Source of the DNA: Candidatus Levyibacteriota bacterium
GTDB lineage: Bacteria; Patescibacteriota; Microgenomatia; Levybacterales; UBA12049
Reading direction: 5' to 3'
Assembly: GCA_016182425.1 (NCBI GenBank)
Contig: JACPGP010000024.1
Span: 1-38,822 of the forward strand
DNA length: 38,822 nt
The first letter of the stretch is position 1. Each line of letters begins with the position of its first letter. Positions 36,652 to 38,822 of this stretch are shown here, piece after piece. The notes beneath the pieces were generated by a model that did no database searches, was not told the DNA's origin, and saw nothing but the letters and a program-made list of their open reading frames with translations. The translations under genes were made by a program, and so were the position numbers.

Positions 36652-38022
36652 TTAGATCTTGGTGAGCTCGATGATAACGGCGGAGTTTGGTTCGAGATAG
36701 ATCATTTCCCGATAATTAGTGGTAGTAGTGATTTTCTTGGTGGTTGACCTGCCCAGATAAGTAGTTGTTTTCATTTGATAAGTACTGGGAATTAGGCTTT
36801 GGATTGTCAGTGGAAAAGTCTCGGCATGGGTACCTCGAGGGTCATAGTTGACTAACAGGATTTGGATTTTTCCTTGATTTTTTGAAGCTAGGGTTGATAC
36901 CCAGGAACCATTTCCAGATGAAGTTAGTTGGTTACCTTCAAGTAAATTGAGAAATTGGAGAGCATAAAAACGAGGTTTTGGTTTTTGACCTTTGCTGGGA
37001 TGGGTAATTAGTCCCCAACCAGATGATTTGTCGGAACGACTGGTGGGTCCGTCAACTGGTTCAAAAGTGAATGCCCGATGAATTTTGCCGGTAAGATTGG
37101 TAGACATAGCCATCAGATGGATTCCGGAAAGCTTGGAGTCGTACCAAGGGTCGGGCTCGGGATTTGGTCCGACTTCGGTAATAATTCTTTCGATATCAAA
37201 ATAGCGTGGATAATCAGAGAGAATTTGATTTAAACTCTCAAAATCTTTGTTGTAATCTTCGATATTTTTACTGTATTTGTGCCAAGAGATAAAATCGAGG
37301 CGAAGATTATTTTTAGTGGCGGTGGCAAATAAAGATTTAATCCAGTTGGCATAGTAGGCGGTGATGGCGGGGCCACCTATTTTAAAATTGGCACCAGGAG
37401 CACCGTCGACAATTGCCCGAGCGGTTTGGATGTATAAAGTCGAATAATTTGGCTCTTTGCCGTAGTGCCAACCACCAAAAAGATCGGGTTCGTTCCAGAC
37501 CTCATAATAAATACCAGTGATTTTTTTCTCAATAGAATAATGATGAGCAGTGGCTTTGACCAAGCCATACCACTGATTCCAATCTTTAGGTGGGCCGGCA
37601 TTTTGGCCATTGGCGGCCATATCATTGGTAGTGTAGGAGATTGATAACATTGGCTTGGCGCCGGTGAGGAGAATACTATTAACCGCTTCGTCAAGACGAC
37701 TAAAATCGTAATTTCCAGGACCATTGTAGACTTTGTAATAGTCGTAGAGATGGTCGATGCGAATTAGTTCTGGGTGGAGAGAACGAACCTGGGAAATGAC
37801 CGGCTTAATCATATCGGCGGGTTCTTCTCCGCCTTGGGATAGATTTTGCCAAAATGATGAGGGTATTTTGCCTTGAGTCTGAGCAGTATCAATGACGATA
37901 TCGGCGGGGGTACCAGCGGCGCCTTTGCGGATATCGAGAACGGTTTTGATGGCTAAAACGATGAAAGGTAGGGCGAGAAGTAAAAGTAAGGTTTTGAACA
38001 ATTTTTGTTTTTGGTGAGGCAT
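36652..38022 (-). CDS. Membrane-anchored glycoside hydrolase, GH39-like
   Basis: 'YYEVWNEPD', 'KIGGPA', 'LDFISWH.Y' and 'ITE' motifs; N-terminal TM helix. Confidence 0.85.
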   Translation of the reverse strand: MPHQKQKLFKTLLLLLALPFIVLAIKTVLDIRKGAAGTPADIVIDTAQTQGKIPSSFWQNLSQGGEEPADMIKPVISQVRSLHPELIRIDHLYDYYKVYNGPGNYDFSRLDEAVNSILLTGAKPMLSISYTTNDMAANGQNAGPPKDWNQWYGLVKATAHHYSIEKKITGIYYEVWNEPDLFGGWHYGKEPNYSTLYIQTARAIVDGAPGANFKIGGPAITAYYANWIKSLFATATKNNLRLDFISWHKYSKNIEDYNKDFESLNQILSDYPRYFDIERIITEVGPNPEPDPWYDSKLSGIHLMAMSTNLTGKIHRAFTFEPVDGPTSRSDKSSGWGLITHPSKGQKPKPRFYALQFLNLLEGNQLTSSGNGSWVSTLASKNQGKIQILLVNYDPRGTHAETFPLTIQSLIPSTYQMKTTTYLGRSTTKKITTTTNYREMIYLEPNSAVIIELTKI

Positions 38023-38134
38023 TATATAAATAGTAGCACAATTGATCTATTGACCCGGTTTGGGAAAAGTGTTTTACTTTTCGTATTAGTACGCATTATT
38101 AAACTTTAGAATGATAAAAATAATTAGAAAGGGA

Positions 38135-38822
38135 ATGGCCTTATTTGGTGAGCAAAAAGGATTGGCCCAAATACCGTTGATGGTGGCTTTGTTATTGATG
38201 GCAGTGGCGGTACCGGCAGTAACAAAGTTATCACAGCAGAATCAAGATAATCGAAATAAGGCGGCTGGGTGTCCAGTCTGTCCTGAGGATTTTCACTGTA
38301 GTTCCAGTACTGGTTATCGTTGCGTTGAGGATGGAACTCCAACAAAAAGACCGCCAACTAAACCCCCGTCTACGAAAACACCTGTAAATAGTCCTAAGCC
38401 ACCGACTTCGAAGCCAATTCCTTCAAATGTGATCTGTGGTTCAAGTGGATGTATTACCAGAACTCCAACAAAAAGACCAACCTCAATTCCAATTCCTTCA
38501 AATGTGATCTGTGGTTCAAGTGGATGTATTACCAGAACTCCAACAAAAAGACCAATCCCGACAGGCTGTACTTGTGTTAATGGAGTTCCTGTCGGTACTG
38601 GATGTGGTGGTGTGGGTGTAGGTGGTGGCTGTCGAGTAACGGCTGTGCCTACCTTGAGACCAACAATTAAAATTTTGCCATCAATCACACCAAAGCCTAC
38701 ATCTTCTGGTAAAACGATTAATGGTGATTTTTGTTATCTTGATGGAGATTGTCTTTCTGGAGTTTGTAGTGGAAATGCACTTTTAGGAAATCGAAAATGT
38801 GTAGCTAAAAAGGTTAATGGTG
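38135..38822 (+). CDS. Partial Cys/Pro/Thr-rich surface protein (runs off the window; not in track)
   Basis: MALFGEQKGLAQIPLMVALLLMAVAVPAVTKLSQQNQDNRNKAAGCPVC...; no stop seen; alternative ATG at 38111. Confidence 0.8.
   Translation, partial: MALFGEQKGLAQIPLMVALLLMAVAVPAVTKLSQQNQDNRNKAAGCPVCPEDFHCSSSTGYRCVEDGTPTKRPPTKPPSTKTPVNSPKPPTSKPIPSNVICGSSGCITRTPTKRPTSIPIPSNVICGSSGCITRTPTKRPIPTGCTCVNGVPVGTGCGGVGVGGGCRVTAVPTLRPTIKILPSITPKPTSSGKTINGDFCYLDGDCLSGVCSGNALLGNRKCVAKKVNG
38414..38555 (+). repeat. 67-bp exact direct repeat with 75-bp period (PIPSNVICGSSGCITRTPTKRP)
   Basis: Copies at 38414-38480 and 38489-38555. Confidence 0.93.

Noticed and set aside
32826-36652. TCGCAATGACGT direct repeats flanking rpsB-rseP as att sites
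   Set aside because: They enclose essential genes and are better explained as REP-like remnants.

Overview
AT-rich window that looks like a Patescibacteria/CPR chromosome, probably Microgenomates-like (inferred from gene content, many apparently leaderless genes and short palindromic repeats). Left core: tRNA-Thr(TGT), GT28 glycosyltransferase, candidate 6S-like RNA, Rrf2, M50 protease, rpmB, an unannotated 36-aa Lys-rich protein, fmt, def, O-antigen-ligase/TPR protein, mreB-PBP2, topA and a VirB4/HerA-like ATPase. Right core: rpsB-tsf-frr-(four-helix bundle)-rseP, a GH39 enzyme and a partial surface protein. Between them lies a ~16.5 kb accessory region with TA modules and three AAA_14/DUF4143 ATPases. 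The main observation is in this region. Three separate protein-coding units (about 1 kb, 7 kb and 0.85 kb) are built like rRNA operons: promoter, boxB-like hairpin, boxA-like motif, then immediately a 14-17 nt arm whose perfect reverse complement lies just past the last gene. The arm sequence differs in each unit. The enclosed genes carry Shine-Dalgarno-like sites, whereas most flanking genes look leaderless. This suggests an antiterminated, stem-closed (possibly RNase III-processed) mRNA system. The function is inference only.
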